NCBI GenBank assembly: GCA_963785235.1
Contig: CAWAUM010000010.1
Coordinates: 214,521 to 278,520, forward strand
Length of the DNA stretch: 64,000 nt
Reading direction: 5' to 3'
DNA from: an uncultured delta proteobacterium
Lineage (GTDB): Bacteria; Desulfobacterota; Desulfomonilia; UBA1062
Shown piece after piece: positions 19,418 to 31,672 of this stretch. Under the pieces are notes generated by a model. It was not told where the DNA came from and did no database searches. It saw nothing but the letters and a program-made list of their open reading frames with translations. The position numbers and the translations under genes are program-made. Each line of letters opens with the position of its first letter. Position 1 is the stretch's first letter.

Positions 19418-19594
19418 AGCCAACTGAGGGTCATATTTTTAACATCACCGTGACCCTTTCATAATGTCACGATTAAAGACCTGACTCCCTCTCTCCAGAT
19501 CCCGAACTGACCTTTCAAATCGCACTGTTTTACGCCGCATAAGTCACACGGCCAACATCCTCCCACCCAGAAAATGACCTTACATGATCAGGAT

Positions 19595-19903
19595 TCACAG
19601 GATTATGACAGAGTTTTCAGAATCCCCAAATGGAGAAGGGACAGATTTATCCGCATCTGTATCATTCTCCCAGCTAGTGCCATCAATGAGATATCTATAT
19701 TGATACTCCCGGCCCAGATTGAGATCCAGAATGACACTGAAGGAACCGTCCCGCTGCTTTTTCATGGGGGTGGCCTTGGTGTCCCAGCTGTTAAAATCTC
19801 CGACAAGATGAATATCTTTTGCTGAAGCAACTTTTTCCTTATGCAACTGGAACGTCACTTTGCATACGGACATTTTTTTTTTCGGCTGTTTCTTGATACT
19901 CAT
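19595..19903 (-). CDS. Isoamylase early-set (CBM48-like) glycogen-binding protein
   Basis: CKVTF...HLVGDFNSW...MKKQRDGSF...YQYRYLIDG-WEND...NSV pattern. Confidence 0.88.
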   Translation of the reverse strand: MSIKKQPKKKMSVCKVTFQLHKEKVASAKDIHLVGDFNSWDTKATPMKKQRDGSFSVILDLNLGREYQYRYLIDGTSWENDTDADKSVPSPFGDSENSVIIL

Positions 19904-19978
19904 GGCAATATCTCCTTTAAAGATATTTTATGATAAGAACCGACATTTTTGTTTCGATCACAGGTATGGTCTGGAAAA

Positions 19979-20140
19979 TTATGCCAGCTCATGGATTTTC
20001 ACTTTCAGCTCTTATAGATCAGAGGACTTTACCACATAGGCATCTGCAGCCATGGCCAGAGCGTCATTTCTATAACTGCTATATGCTGAAAATATGATCA
20101 CGGGGATATTTAACTTGAGCTTTAACATAAAGCCTATTGT
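19979..20140 (-). pseudogene. Single-domain response regulator, C-terminal fragment (5' end cut by the junction; in-frame TAA at 20012-20014)
   Basis: [52 protein letters not shown], a receiver beta4-alpha5 pattern. Confidence 0.75.
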
Positions 20141-20145
20141 GAGTT
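20135..20145. other. Junction between two unrelated genomes/contigs
   Basis: A truncated minus-strand receiver gene abuts a truncated plus-strand DUF1501 gene; GC content, codon style, error rate and taxon-marker genes all change abruptly. Confidence 0.9.
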
Positions 20146-20749
20146 GGCGTTCCGGATGCAGCACTCGGTGCCGGAAGTCATGGACTTCTCGCAAGAGACG
20201 GCTGAAACCAAGGCTTTGTACGGCGTCGACGTTCCTCACTTCGCCGACTTTGCCAAACAACTGCTGGCCTCCCGTCGGCTCGTCGAACGAGGCGTGCGAT
20301 TCGTTCAAATCCAGCATGGGGGCGGCGGAGCCGGGGCCTGGGACGCTCACTTCGGCGTCAAAGCGAACCACTCGTCGTTGGCGCTGTCGGTCGACCAACC
20401 GATCGCCGCACTCATTGAAGATCTGGATCGTCGCGGGATGCTGGACGAAACGCTCGTCGTCTTCGCCACCGAGTTCGGTGGCACGCCGGGATCGCAAAAT
20501 GGCGACGGACGCGACCACCATAACTTCGGCTTCTCCGTCTGGATGGCAGGGGGCGGACTCAAACGGGGCGTCGTGCATGGGGCGACTGACGAGATTGGCT
20601 TTCATGCCATCGAAAATCGCCACTATGTCACTGACGTTCACGCCACGATCCTCAAACAACTCGGGCTCGATTCCCGACGAATGGAAATCCCTGGTCGCAA
20701 ACGACTCGAGATCGACCATGGCGTTCCGATCGATGAGATTATCGCTTAA
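20141..20749 (+). CDS. DUF1501 family protein, C-terminal part (5' truncated)
   Basis: [38 protein letters not shown] and [11 protein letters not shown] motifs. Confidence 0.92.
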   Translation, partial: ELAFRMQHSVPEVMDFSQETAETKALYGVDVPHFADFAKQLLASRRLVERGVRFVQIQHGGGGAGAWDAHFGVKANHSSLALSVDQPIAALIEDLDRRGMLDETLVVFATEFGGTPGSQNGDGRDHHNFGFSVWMAGGGLKRGVVHGATDEIGFHAIENRHYVTDVHATILKQLGLDSRRMEIPGRKRLEIDHGVPIDEIIA

Positions 20750-20806
20750 GGATCGATTTCCAGGCAACGATTCAATCGCGGACACCATACAAAAGGCGCG
20801 TACACG

Positions 20807-22184
20807 ATGAACGTTCAACAGTTTCGACAACTCTCGCTCACCGCCGTCGCCATATTCCTTGGTGCGATTGGCGCCACGGCCGTGGCTGAAGGGACTGAAT
20901 CGCCGAGCATCTACCAGGTCGGGGTTTCAGCGGTCGACGTTACCCCGAGCTACCCAATACTGCTCAACGGCTTTGCGGGCCGAAAAACCGAGTCGGAGGG
21001 TATTACACAACGCATCTGGGCGAAGGCGCTAGCCATTAGCTCCGACGATTCGCAACCGGTCATTTTGATCTCGCTCGATAGCCTGGGCATCCGCGAATCG
21101 ATGGTCAACGAAGTCGCCAAACGGCTCAAGACGAAAGCAGGCGTCGAACGTCGACAAATCGCCGTCGCCTTCAGCCATTCTCACACGACGCCGAAAGTCA
21201 ACGGCGCGTGCGACACCATCTTACTGCATGCCGATTGCGCCTGAATTTCAGGAACACATCGATCGCTACACAGCGGAACTCACCGATGCCTTGGAAGCTG
21301 CAGCCCTCAAGGCGCTGGCTGACCGACAACCGTCAACGCTGCACTGGGCGGTGGGCAAAGTCGGCTTCGCGAAGAATCGACGGACTCCAGGCGGTCCCGT
21401 CGACCACTCGCTGCCGATGCTGGTCGTCAAATCGACCGCGGATGATGCGATTCGCGCCATCTACGTCACTTACGCCTGCCACTGCGTGACGTTGGGCAAT
21501 AACAAGATCAGCGGCGATTGGTCCGGCTACGCGCAGGAAGCGATCGAGCGGCAATCATCCGGGCGCCGATCGGCATGGCGTCGATCGGTTGCGGATCAGA
21601 CGCCAACCCGACTTCCGACGTCACTGACGGCAACACGGCGGTCGCGGCCGAACAAGGCGATGAAATTGCCGACGAAGTCGAACGGCTGCTGCAAGGGTCG
21701 TTGCAACCAGTGAGCGGACCGATCGTCGCCTCGCTCACCAACATCGATCTGCCGCTCAACACGCCGCCGACTCGCGAAGAGCTCGTTGCCATCGCCGACG
21801 GCAACTACAACGCCAAGTTTCAACTCGAAAAGCTGGAGCGCGGCGAGCAGCTTCTCACGGCGCTCGACTACCCGGTTCAAGTCTGGTCCTTTGGCGATTC
21901 GCTCGAGATGGTCTTCCTCGCCGGCGAAGTCTGCGTCGACTACGCGTTGCGCTTGAGAAATGAGCTCGATGCGTCGCGACTGTGGATGCATGGCTATGCG
22001 AACGATTTCTGCGGCTACATTCCCTCCGAGCGGCTGCTCAAGGAGGGAGGCTACGGCGGGGGCGACGAGTACGTTTACTTCGCGCTTCCTGAATACGCTT
22101 CAGCCAGGCATGGAAGCGAAGATCGTCGACGCGGTGCTGCGATTGACTCCCGAGGGCTACCGAGCGGATGCACGGTCGGAGTGA
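20807..22184 (+). CDS. Secreted neutral/alkaline ceramidase N-terminal-domain protein (frameshifted)
   Basis: Signal peptide; VDVTP-YPI-L-GF, SHSHTTP, YACHCVTL, SGDW-GYA, FLAGEV-VDY and GYAND-GYIPS motifs across 4 frames. Confidence 0.82.
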
Positions 22185-22273
22185 AGAAGTAATACGGCGT
22201 CAACGTCACCGCGAGCGGTAGAAGATTAGTGACGCCAGGAATTGGCGGCGACCATCAGAGGCGATTTGCACTT

Positions 22274-25200
22274 ATGATTCTGTTTTCAACGTCGTTTCAC
22301 TACTTCAAGCAGCTGGCGTTTGCCGCTCTCGTTTTCATTCATTGTTCGCAACATCTGCTGGGCGGCGATCATGGAAGCGAGCCGCGCCTCACGCCAGACC
22401 GAGTCCTTATCGCGTCTCAAGACGCATGACGACCTAGCCGTCGACCTCGTCGCGGCCGAGCCGCTGATCGAAGATCCGGTCGCCATCGACTTCGGCTGGG
22501 ACGGTTGTCTGTGGGTGGCCGACGTCCCCGACTACACGCGACCGCTCAACGCGGAGCCGGATAAGGGAGGATCCGTCCGGCTGCTGACAGATCGTGACCA
22601 CGATGGCCGCTTCGACGAAGTCTCGGTCTTCCAAGATGGCTTGCGATTCCCGTTCGACGTCAAAGTATGGCGCGACGGCGTCATCGTCTGCGACGCTCCG
22701 GACGTCATCTACCTGGAGGATACCGACAGCGATCAACAGGCCGATGTGCGCAAGGTGCTGCTGACGGGCTTTGGTAATCACAATGCTCAAGCGAGAGTCA
22801 ACAGCCTGCGGTGGGGCGTCGACGGTTGGCTCTATGGCTCATGCGGGCTCTTCGGCGGACAGATCAAAAGTTTTAACGGCCAAACGCTGGAACTCGGCGA
22901 CCGTGACTTCCGTTTTCATCCAGACACCGGCGTCATCGAGCCAGTTACCGGCCGGACGCAGCAGGGTCGCGTTTGCGACGCCGCGGGAAACTGGTTCGGC
23001 TGCAATAGCGGCACAATGATTGCCCACTATCCCCTGTCAGAACACTATTTGGCTGCAATCCCTATTTAGCGCCGCCGGCAGTACAGACGTATTCGTACGC
23101 CGACTCGGAGGAGCTGTTCCCCGCGGGCAATCCCACGGTTCTCAAACTCTCAGGGCCTCCCGGTCGGCCTACTTCCGCGTGCGGGTTGGAAATCTACCGC
23201 GACGATCTTTTGGGACAGCAGTACGCAGGCAACTCGTTCACTGCCGAACCTGTGAATCTGCTGGTTCACCGTCGCGTCATTGCTCCCGACGGAGTGACCT
23301 TTTCAGGACGGCGGGCGGACAATGAACGCGATCGCGAGTTCCTTACCTCCACCGACTCTTGGTTCCGTCCTGTCCAGATTCGCACCGGCCTCGACGGTTG
23401 CCTCTGGGTGGTCGACATGCATCGCTCGGTCATCGAGCATCCCACCTGGATTTCGGCGGAAGCGATGGAAACGCTCGACCCCTCCGCCGGCAACGCCGAA
23501 GCCCGAATCTTTCGCGTCCGTCCCAAAGATGGCCAGCCGCGGCCGCTTGTCGATCTTCGCCAGCTGAGTACCGCCGATCTCGTCGCCGCGCTTGATTCTC
23601 CGAATGGGCCGCAGCGCGATCTCGTTCAGCAGTTGATCTTGCAGCGAAAGTTGCAGGAGGCGGCGCCATACCTAGAGGCGATGCTGGCAACGTCCAAGCG
23701 AACCGAGGCGCGGTTAGCGGCGCTCAATGCGCTTGCCGAACTCGAAGCGCTGAATGAGAAGTCGCTGCTCGGCGCACTGCGCGATCCGCACGACGCCATG
23801 CGCGCTCACGCCATTCGACTCAGCGAACGCTTCTTCGATCAATCGCCGACCATCGTCGCGGCGGTGCTCGCGCTCGCCAACGACGACGCCCCGCAGGTGA
23901 CGTTGCAATTGGCCTACAGCCTAGGCGAATGCACAGACGCCCGTGCCGCCGACGCCTTGGCGGAGCTGGCGTGGAAGCATCAAAGCGACCCGTACTTGCT
24001 CGCGGCGGCCTGGAGCAGCTTGAACGAGCGTAACATCGAAGGCGCGTTTCAACGACTAGCCGCGAAAGCAGCCTCTCAAGACGCCTACCTCGCCGATTAT
24101 CGACGATCTCTCGATGTTTGCGGCGAAGTTCGGCAAGCCGACGATGCTTCCGCAAGCCGTTCAAACTCTCGCCGGCGATCATCCCGAAAACTGGACGTCG
24201 TGGCGCGTCAGCGGCGTCGCCAGTCTTGTTGAGTCGCTCCATGCCGAACAGCGGAACGAAGTCGTCTCTAACCATTCCGTGAAAGCAATTGTCGATCGCC
24301 TAACGCCTGCCGCTCAGACGGTCTTGGACGAGCCAGAGTCTCAACTTGATCAAGTATTGGCTGCTTTACGGTTGCTGGCGCCATCAAATCCACGGATGGA
24401 GAGACGATCGATCTGGTCGCGTCTCTTCTTGAACCTCGCCATGCTCCTGAAATACAGCTCGCTGCCATGAGGTTTCTATCGGCGAGCCGCCAGCCGCAGG
24501 CCGACGAAGCACTGCTGAGTCAGTGGAGTTCGTATTCGCCGGCAATGCGGTCTCAAGTTCTTGACGTTGTGGTGGCGCGTCAGGAGTTTCTGTCGCTACT
24601 GTTTGAAAAGTTGAAGTCCGGCGACCTCAGGGCTGCCGATATCGACGCCACGCACCGACTTCAGCTGCTGCGCCAGAACGATGCAGAGATCCGAAAACAA
24701 GCGGAATCGGCGTTTGGCGCTGCCGTCAACGCCGACCGACGACAGATCATCGACGATTTCCAATCGGCGACGAATCTAAACGGCGATTCCTGCATGGCGC
24801 CGCCCTCTTTCAAAAACACTGCTCCAGCTGCCATAAACTCGGCGACGTGGGGAGTTCCGTCGGCCCCGATCTGGCTGCGATTACCAGTCGCACCCCGTCG
24901 GCTTTGATTGAAAGCATCTTCGACCCTAACCGCAATGTCGAGGAGAAGTACCTCGCCTACACCGCTGCCAGCGACGATGGCCTGGCGCATACGGGCATCC
25001 TGGTCAGCGAGAAGCGCGACAAGCATCACGCTCGTCGAGCAACAAGGCAAACAGTCGACGTTGCTTCGCGAGTCGCTGGAGGCGTTGCAAGCCACTGGCC
25101 TTTCCCTGATGCCCGAAGGCTTCGAGAAAGACCTGACTCCCCAGGACGTGGCTGACCTGATGGCTCATCTGACGGTCCACGCCCGCCGACCGCGTGAGTT

Positions 25201-26423
25201 CGAGGGGAACAAGCCCGAGATCGTCCACGCCAACGACGACGGAAACGTCATGCTTCTCGCATCGAACGCTGAGATTTACGGAACTCAGATCCTTTACGCA
25301 CCGACGTCTCGCAGCGTCGGCGATTGGTACGACCAGTTGGATTACATCGCGTGGAACGTCTCAACCGCCGCTGATCAAGAATTCGATCTGTATCTTGACG
25401 CCGCCGGCGAAGAACGGACGACGGGCAACGGGGTCGCCATCGACGGCTTCGAGGCCCCTCTTCGCTTCACCGCGCAATACCGGCGGGTTCGATAAATTCG
25501 TTCCTGCCAAGATCGGCAAGGTACGACTTCGCGCGGGCAAAAATTGGATCCTCATCACCGCCGACGGTCCGATGGCTTCGATTCCTTTGTTGGCGATTCG
25601 AGGGCTCTACTTGATCAGCCCTGGAGCTTCAATTGACGACGTCTTGGCCGCCGAGACTGTCGCGGAGGCGGATCACGATGCCTCGACGGACATCGCCAAG
25701 CTGCTCGATGGCCTCGTCGTCGGGACGCCCAGCGAGAAAGAGCGAATACCGCAACTCTGGGAGCACGCACTAGCCGCCGGCAAGCGGAACAATGACGCTG
25801 AGTTGGTTCGGTTGTTGGAACTCTCGCTGCCGAAAATGGGCGAGCCGCTGCGAGATTGGCAAGCAGTCGTCGTCGGGGGCGGGATCATTAACGGCATGAG
25901 CGGCAGCGGCGCTTGGCCGAGGGAGCGGATGCTGGCGCTTGTCGCCGCCGACAAGTCGCTGGCAGCCCGCTGGCAGCAAGCGGTGGAACTCGCGGCGATA
26001 GTGGCCGACAACGATACGATCAGCTCTGGAGTTCGCTACGATGCACTCAGGATGTTGGGCGCCGACAGCTTTGAGAGCGCCAACGATCGCGTGAGCAAAT
26101 ACTTACAACCAGGAGTCGGCGACGAACTGCAGATGGGGGCGATCAGCGCGATGGCAGATATCGACCACGCCGGGGCGACAAGCGCGCTGCTCGACAATTT
26201 TTCCGCGTTTACCGCCGGCAATCGAGGCATCGCTTTTTCCGCACTCCTGCGGAACGACGACCGCACGAAGCAGTTACTCGATTCGCTGGAGTCAAGCGGC
26301 AGATCAACGATCGCACTCACCTTGGAGCAAATCGAAATGCTCAAGAAGATGAATAATCCCGCTCACCGCCAGCGCGTCATCGCGATCTTTGGCGATGGCC
26401 AAGTAGCGCAGAGCGAGCCCTAA
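22274..26423 (+). CDS. PVC-type heme-binding CxxCH / membrane-bound dehydrogenase-domain protein (frameshifted)
   Basis: VAAEPLIEDPVAIDF propeller start, WFRPVQIRTG-DG-LWV-DM, HEAT-like repeats, KHCSSCH near 24815, VGPDL, SLMPEGFE, then a CBM-like domain and a helical C-terminal domain. Confidence 0.85.
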
Positions 26424-26535
26424 CAGCACACTTGCTCAAGCGACTTGACCACGCTGATAATCTGACGGGCTCGCTAAACTGCCTGCACGTCTTGAAATGC
26501 ACGCTTCTATGGAAATGCCTGAATTGTCGCTTTTA

Positions 26536-26682
26536 ACTCCGCGACCCGATGACTATCCCGTGATGCCGACCGCGTACATTGGATTTCTGCTTAAGCCTGC
26601 CGGATTCTTCAAGCAGAACCCGGCAAACGACATCCCGTCGTCGGCGAAGAAGCCGGCAGTGCAGGGGGGTTGTTGTCGCTGA
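26536..26682 (+). pseudogene. Remnant of a copper amine oxidase C-terminus
   Basis: PRPDDYPVMPTAYIGFLLKPAGFFKQNPANDIP matches the C-terminal PRPEDWPVMP...L-P-GFF--NP consensus; the rest of the gene is absent. Confidence 0.7.
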
Positions 26683-26720
26683 ATGTCGCGACCACTCCGA
26701 GTTGATGGGGGGCGCCAAAC

Positions 26721-27107
26721 GTGTGTCCGATCTGCTGGGCAACATTGCTGGTTGCATTCTCGACTTCGATCGGGGCGTCGGCTGCGATCATGGCGTGGCG
26801 CGACCGTTGGACGCTGTTGCTGGCCGCAGGATTATTGGGGCTGGCGGGCGTCCATCAATTCGGCGTGACGCTTGTACCTTGGCGGGTATTTGCCGGGGCG
26901 ATAGCGACGTTGATCGTCCGCATCACGTGGATCGTATTGATGCAACGCGACAAGTTGTTCGTCTTCTCCGCATGGCGGAAGGCAACCACATTTGCCGCCT
27001 CGCGTTGTCCAACGAACCGTGAGCCTGAAGGCGCTCTAGGCGCCGTCGCAATTGCCTCGCCCACTGATTCAGGTCCGATTGAATCACCGATCAGCCCTGC
27101 CCACTGA
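26721..27107 (+). CDS. Small hypothetical membrane protein with N-terminal MCPxC
   Basis: MCPICW start followed by 3 hydrophobic segments. Confidence 0.55.
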   Translation: MCPICWATLLVAFSTSIGASAAIMAWRDRWTLLLAAGLLGLAGVHQFGVTLVPWRVFAGAIATLIVRITWIVLMQRDKLFVFSAWRKATTFAASRCPTNREPEGALGAVAIASPTDSGPIESPISPAH

Positions 27108-27122
27108 TGATCAGCGACAGGC

Positions 27123-28748
27123 TCAGTCCGGCAGTGGCTCGCCTTTCGTTTCCGGCCCAATCCAGATGATAAGGACTCCCAGCAGGTAGATTCCCGCCAG
27201 GGTGGCGCCAGCCCTGGGGAAGGCGTCAACCTCGACTCGTTCCGGCGCAATATTTTGAGCGAAGTAAGCGGTGAGGACGGCGGTTTGCAGTGATCCGACG
27301 GCGGAGAGAACTCGTCCGAAATTGTAGGCGAAGCCTTGGCTGGTGGTGCGAATGCTCGTCGGGAAGAGTTCGGGAAGATAAAGCGGAAACCAACCGTAAA
27401 ACGCCGCCGTCACGCCGCCGGCGACGAAGACCGAGACCAGGAACTCAACGCCGTAAGCGTCGTTCCACCGGTAGAGGTACACCAGCGACGCAAACGAGCC
27501 AACGCACAACAACGCGTAGGTCGGCCGCCGCCCGATGACGCCGCCGGCGATGGCGGCCAGAATCGTCCCGATGATGGCCCCGATTGAGGTCGCGATCTGC
27601 GTGTACTCTTTGGCATGGAATGGTCCCTGGTCGGCCGGAAGCAATTCCGACAGCGCAATCGCCCACTTCGGAGCCCACTGCAGCGCGCCCCAGGTGCCAA
27701 GCAAAGGAATGCCGGCGAGACAAGCGCCGAGCAACATCCGCCGCAAGTAAAGTCGACGGTCGGCGGCCCGCAATTGCCCGGCGTCAACCGCGCGAGTGAG
27801 ATAACGCACCACCGGATACATGTAACCCTTCAAGGCGATGAAAAACCCGATCGCGGTCGCGAGGATGCGGAGCGTTGTGAGCCAACCAGGAAAACCTTCT
27901 GCCACCGCTTCCAATCCGATCCAAGGCCGCATCACGTTTTCAAACGCCGGCGACCACAGGAGGATCATGAATGAAGCGCCTACGGCGCCGACGACGACGC
28001 CAAGCAAATCCTTGGTCGCCCAGAATGAGTTTTCACGTTCGCCAGCCGCGGCTTGCCACTTTTTCGATTCGGGCACAAATAATCGAATAAAGAACACCAG
28101 CAGAGCCGGCAAGGCGCCGGCGATCATCAACAACCGCCAACCGTCGTTTCGCAGCAACATCGCCACGGTTTCGGGCGGTATGCCGACTCCTAACAGCGCG
28201 TCGCCAAATCCCTTGATAAAGCTGACCAAAACCAGGCTTAGAAGGCCGACGGCAAGAAATCCGACGTTGGCGGCGGCTCCGATCAGCCCCGCGAGATAAG
28301 CTCGCGAGCTGTTCGGCCAGAGTTCGGTCACCAGCGCAACGCCGAGCGACCATTCGCCCCCCATGCCGAGCGAAGCGATGAACCGTAGCACCGCGATATG
28401 CCAAGCCTCGGTGGCGAAGCCGCATAAACCGGTAAAAATCGCGTAAGTCAAGATACTGAGCGACATGGCCCGCACGCGACCGATACGGTCGCCCAGCCAA
28501 CCGAAAACAACGCCTCCAGTCGCCGCACCGATCAGAAATACCGCCATAATGACGCCGAACCATTCGCCCTTGGCGGTCGGATTGGTGATGAGCTCGTCAT
28601 GAAGCAACTCATCGAGGGCGTTGGGGCCGACAAGCGGAAACATGCCGATCTCGAAGCCGTCGAACATCCAGCCGAGGAGCGCCGCCAGCAACGCCATCCA
28701 CTTGCCGCGGGAATCGGCGTTAACGTCATCATGAACTTGCATGGTCAC
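27123..28748 (-). CDS. MFS transporter
   Basis: GWMFDGFE, FGWLGDRIGRVRAM, GMGGEW, YLPELFPTSIR and PETKG motifs. Confidence 0.93.
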   Translation of the reverse strand: MTMQVHDDVNADSRGKWMALLAALLGWMFDGFEIGMFPLVGPNALDELLHDELITNPTAKGEWFGVIMAVFLIGAATGGVVFGWLGDRIGRVRAMSLSILTYAIFTGLCGFATEAWHIAVLRFIASLGMGGEWSLGVALVTELWPNSSRAYLAGLIGAAANVGFLAVGLLSLVLVSFIKGFGDALLGVGIPPETVAMLLRNDGWRLLMIAGALPALLVFFIRLFVPESKKWQAAAGERENSFWATKDLLGVVVGAVGASFMILLWSPAFENVMRPWIGLEAVAEGFPGWLTTLRILATAIGFFIALKGYMYPVVRYLTRAVDAGQLRAADRRLYLRRMLLGACLAGIPLLGTWGALQWAPKWAIALSELLPADQGPFHAKEYTQIATSIGAIIGTILAAIAGGVIGRRPTYALLCVGSFASLVYLYRWNDAYGVEFLVSVFVAGGVTAAFYGWFPLYLPELFPTSIRTTSQGFAYNFGRVLSAVGSLQTAVLTAYFAQNIAPERVEVDAFPRAGATLAGIYLLGVLIIWIGPETKGEPLPD

Positions 28749-28871
28749 TCTTTCAGCTGCATGAATGGACAGACAACGAAAGTTTATCGCAGCGGCGCCC
28801 GATTAGACGAGTGCGGGACGTTATGAAAGGGGAAGACGCCGCGTCCTTCGCGAAATGCCAGGGCTCGCTGC

Positions 28872-30273
28872 TTAAAACAGTGCTGTGGGCTCAGGCAGTT
28901 GCCGCTCAATCTCGGCGAGCCGATATCCAAATCCGACCTTCCCCAGCGTGCTCAAGTCGAGTTGCCCATTCCTCCGGCGGTACAGTCCTGGATGAACCCG
29001 GGCCTCTGGCAGCGAAGCATCAGGATAGAACTGCATGGCGTTCGATTCGACTCCCATGATCGAGTGGACCTTCGAGGCCAAGCGAACATGGGGGATTTGC
29101 GCAAGCATCGGGTTGGTGAGGTCTTGCACCATGATCTGCATGCCATGCGCTCGAGCCCAGCAATAGCTCAGAATCGACCCCGTCTGCGTCTTGCACGTTT
29201 TCAGGCATACTCCGGTCCATCCGAGCGAGCGACCAAGTTTCACGTAACGCCAATCATGGGCGCTTTCATCGAGGTATAACGGTTTGATCTGCGAGACGCT
29301 ACGCACGTCGATTTGATTATTAGTCAGGTCATACGGGAACGGCTGTTCGACGTAGAGTAATCGTTCGAACAGCGGCGGCGACTCGCGACGCAACCGTTCG
29401 AGAATAGCGACGACGTATTCGGGTTGGCGGACGGTGCAGTTGAAGTCGGCGTGAAAGTGCTCCACGCCGAGAGGCATGCTTAGCTGCCCGACTTGGATAA
29501 GCCGCTGAAAATCCCACTCCGCGTCGTTGCCGCGGAGTTTTACTTTGAGACAGCGCAAGCCGTCTCGTTCAATCCAATCGGCAAGCAACAGCGGGTAACC
29601 GTCTTGGGGCGATGACTGCGGATCGACTTCCCCTGAAGTCAACGGATCGAGCCCGCCCACTAGATGCCACACAGGCAGGATCTGCGGACTCGGTGACGCT
29701 AAATAATCGCACGGGAACTTTCCTGAGAACGCCGCCGCCGCTTCAAAGCCGAAGTAGTGCGACAAATCATGGGGCATGTATTCCGAGGAGTAGACGTCGA
29801 ACACGTCGCGTTGCTGAAGATTGCCGTAAGCGTCGTGAACGGCGACGTCGGCGGCGCTTAAAGCGATCAGAGCAGCGAGGTATGGCAACGGTTCGGTGGT
29901 ACGGCTCGTTGGCGAGTCTTGCACCAGCTTGGGGAGAACATTCGCCTGAAAGCGAACGCCGAGATCGAGCGGATGGCCGCAGTCGCCTGATTCGATCCAA
30001 GCTCGGACTGACGCGACGGCGAAATCACGCATTGCCGCAGCTCGAGTCGCATAGGGTAACTCAGAGGGCCAAGCCCATTGGGCGGAAAGCGGAGTTTCCC
30101 CCCAACCGTCGGCCGTCCGTCCCTGTCGATCACGGACAGTGACCCGCACGCGACAGCAATCGACTTCGGTAAGAGTCTCGAACGCCGAACTTCAGCGGCA
30201 TTCGCGTCCGCACCGGTAGGAAATAGACGGCGGCGCCAACGAGACAAACATCGGTGGGACGCTGAGATTTCAT
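28872..30273 (-). CDS. Enolase-superfamily (mandelate racemase/MLE-like) enzyme; frameshift near 30180
   Basis: TRMPLKFG, GWGETPLS, LKVKLRG (KxK), ADFNC, YVEQP, LDESAH and LKTCK motifs. Confidence 0.82.
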
Positions 30274-30398
30274 ACCGGCAACGCTGATGTGGAGCTTTGG
30301 CCGTGATAGATCCGGCCACATCGAGGAGCATGCACGGCGTTGAATCAAAGGTCGTCCTCTACCACTTGGCAGCGAACGGCAAGGTGATGCGAGAGCCG

Positions 30399-31568
30399 TC
30401 ACACGCGCAAAAATATCTTCTTCTTATAGAGCAGAAATAGCATCAACCATTTTACGAAGAACAAGCAGATCGCCCACAACAGCGGCTGAAGCGTGCCAGT
30501 ATGCGCCAACGCCCCGCCGAAGAAAAACTGCGTCGTGAACTGAAAGTCGATGAACTGCTGCGCCATATAGATGAGAATTGAGTTACTGCCAATCACCACA
30601 AAGAAGAAGGTCCATTTGCGAATTTTCCACACGTCGATGACTAAGTAAAAAGCCGCTAAGAGCAAGAGACTCCACCCCGCACAGTAGAGGACGAAAGAAC
30701 TCGACCATAGGTTTTTATTGATGGGGAAGTAAAGATTCCACACCAGCGCCAACGCCAGACAGAGGGCGCCGCCGGCTGCCATCAACGAGGTTTTCCTATA
30801 ACCTCCGAGACGCGATTTGTTCAGAAAGTCCCCGGTAAGAATGCCTGCCAGTCGCCGTGCTAACCGCCGGCACGGTGCCCAAAAAACCGACTGGATCGCG
30901 GTCGCCTCGGTACAGCCGGCCAGGAAGCAACTGTCGGTCGAGAAAGTCAGTAAGCGTATGCCCCGGCAAATCGCCGCGCCGAATCCTGGCACGGGAATGA
31001 ATTTCAACGCAGCCCAGTACGCGACTAGCAATCCAACGAACCATAACAGACGTCCTCTAACGCCTGCATTCAAGGCCGCAATTAGCGCCGCGAACATATA
31101 CGCCAAAAGCCAATCCGCCCGAGGACGCTGGGGTACGCATCGTCGGCCAATCGAACTTGAGCAAACCGTTATAGATCATTCCCAACACGACAAGTACAAA
31201 TCCTCGCACCAGCACATGTCTGTATAAATCGCGTTTGGAGTCGCCCGCGGCCATTCGCTTCTCAAATGAGAAAAGGGAGAGCAACGCCCGCAATGAACAA
31301 AAACAACGGGAAGATCAAATCGTAGAACGCGAAGCCATGCCATTCTGGATGTTCGAGTTGCCCGGCAAGCCGATGCAATGGCCGCCCAATCAGTTAAGTT
31401 CGCGGAGGCTAGAGCAATCTCCTTTCCTCCCATGATCGAAAACATGTCGCAGCCGCGCAAGGCGTCGAGACTCATCAAACGCTGAGACACTCCGGGGTCG
31501 GAAGCGACTTCTCGTCTCACCGCCTTCCCAGAGTCGCTTGGCGGCGACTGATCGGTTGTTGATTTCAT
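30399..31568 (-). CDS. DUF5009/NagX-like heparan-alpha-glucosaminide N-acetyltransferase-family membrane protein (frameshifted)
   Basis: RLMSLDALRG, PINKNLWSSSFVL, IGSNSILIY and LYKKKIFLRV motifs. Confidence 0.85.
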
Positions 31569-31672
31569 CTATGGTCTAACGCTAGGCATCAGGGCAGCGA
31601 AATGGAGAGACGATACGACCGTGAGCGAATGATCGGCCTTGCCGTCAGTTTGCCGGAAACGACGCGGGATTT

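Noticed and set aside
19979-20014. Stop-codon read-through in the response regulator (SSDL*ELKVKIHELA)
   Set aside because: A single TAA near a contig end, while TAA terminates neighbouring genes normally. A base error or nonsense mutation is more likely.
20012-20830. 272-aa fusion ORF across the junction
   Set aside because: It is an antisense read-through of DUF1501 joined to the receiver-domain fragment, an artefact of the join.
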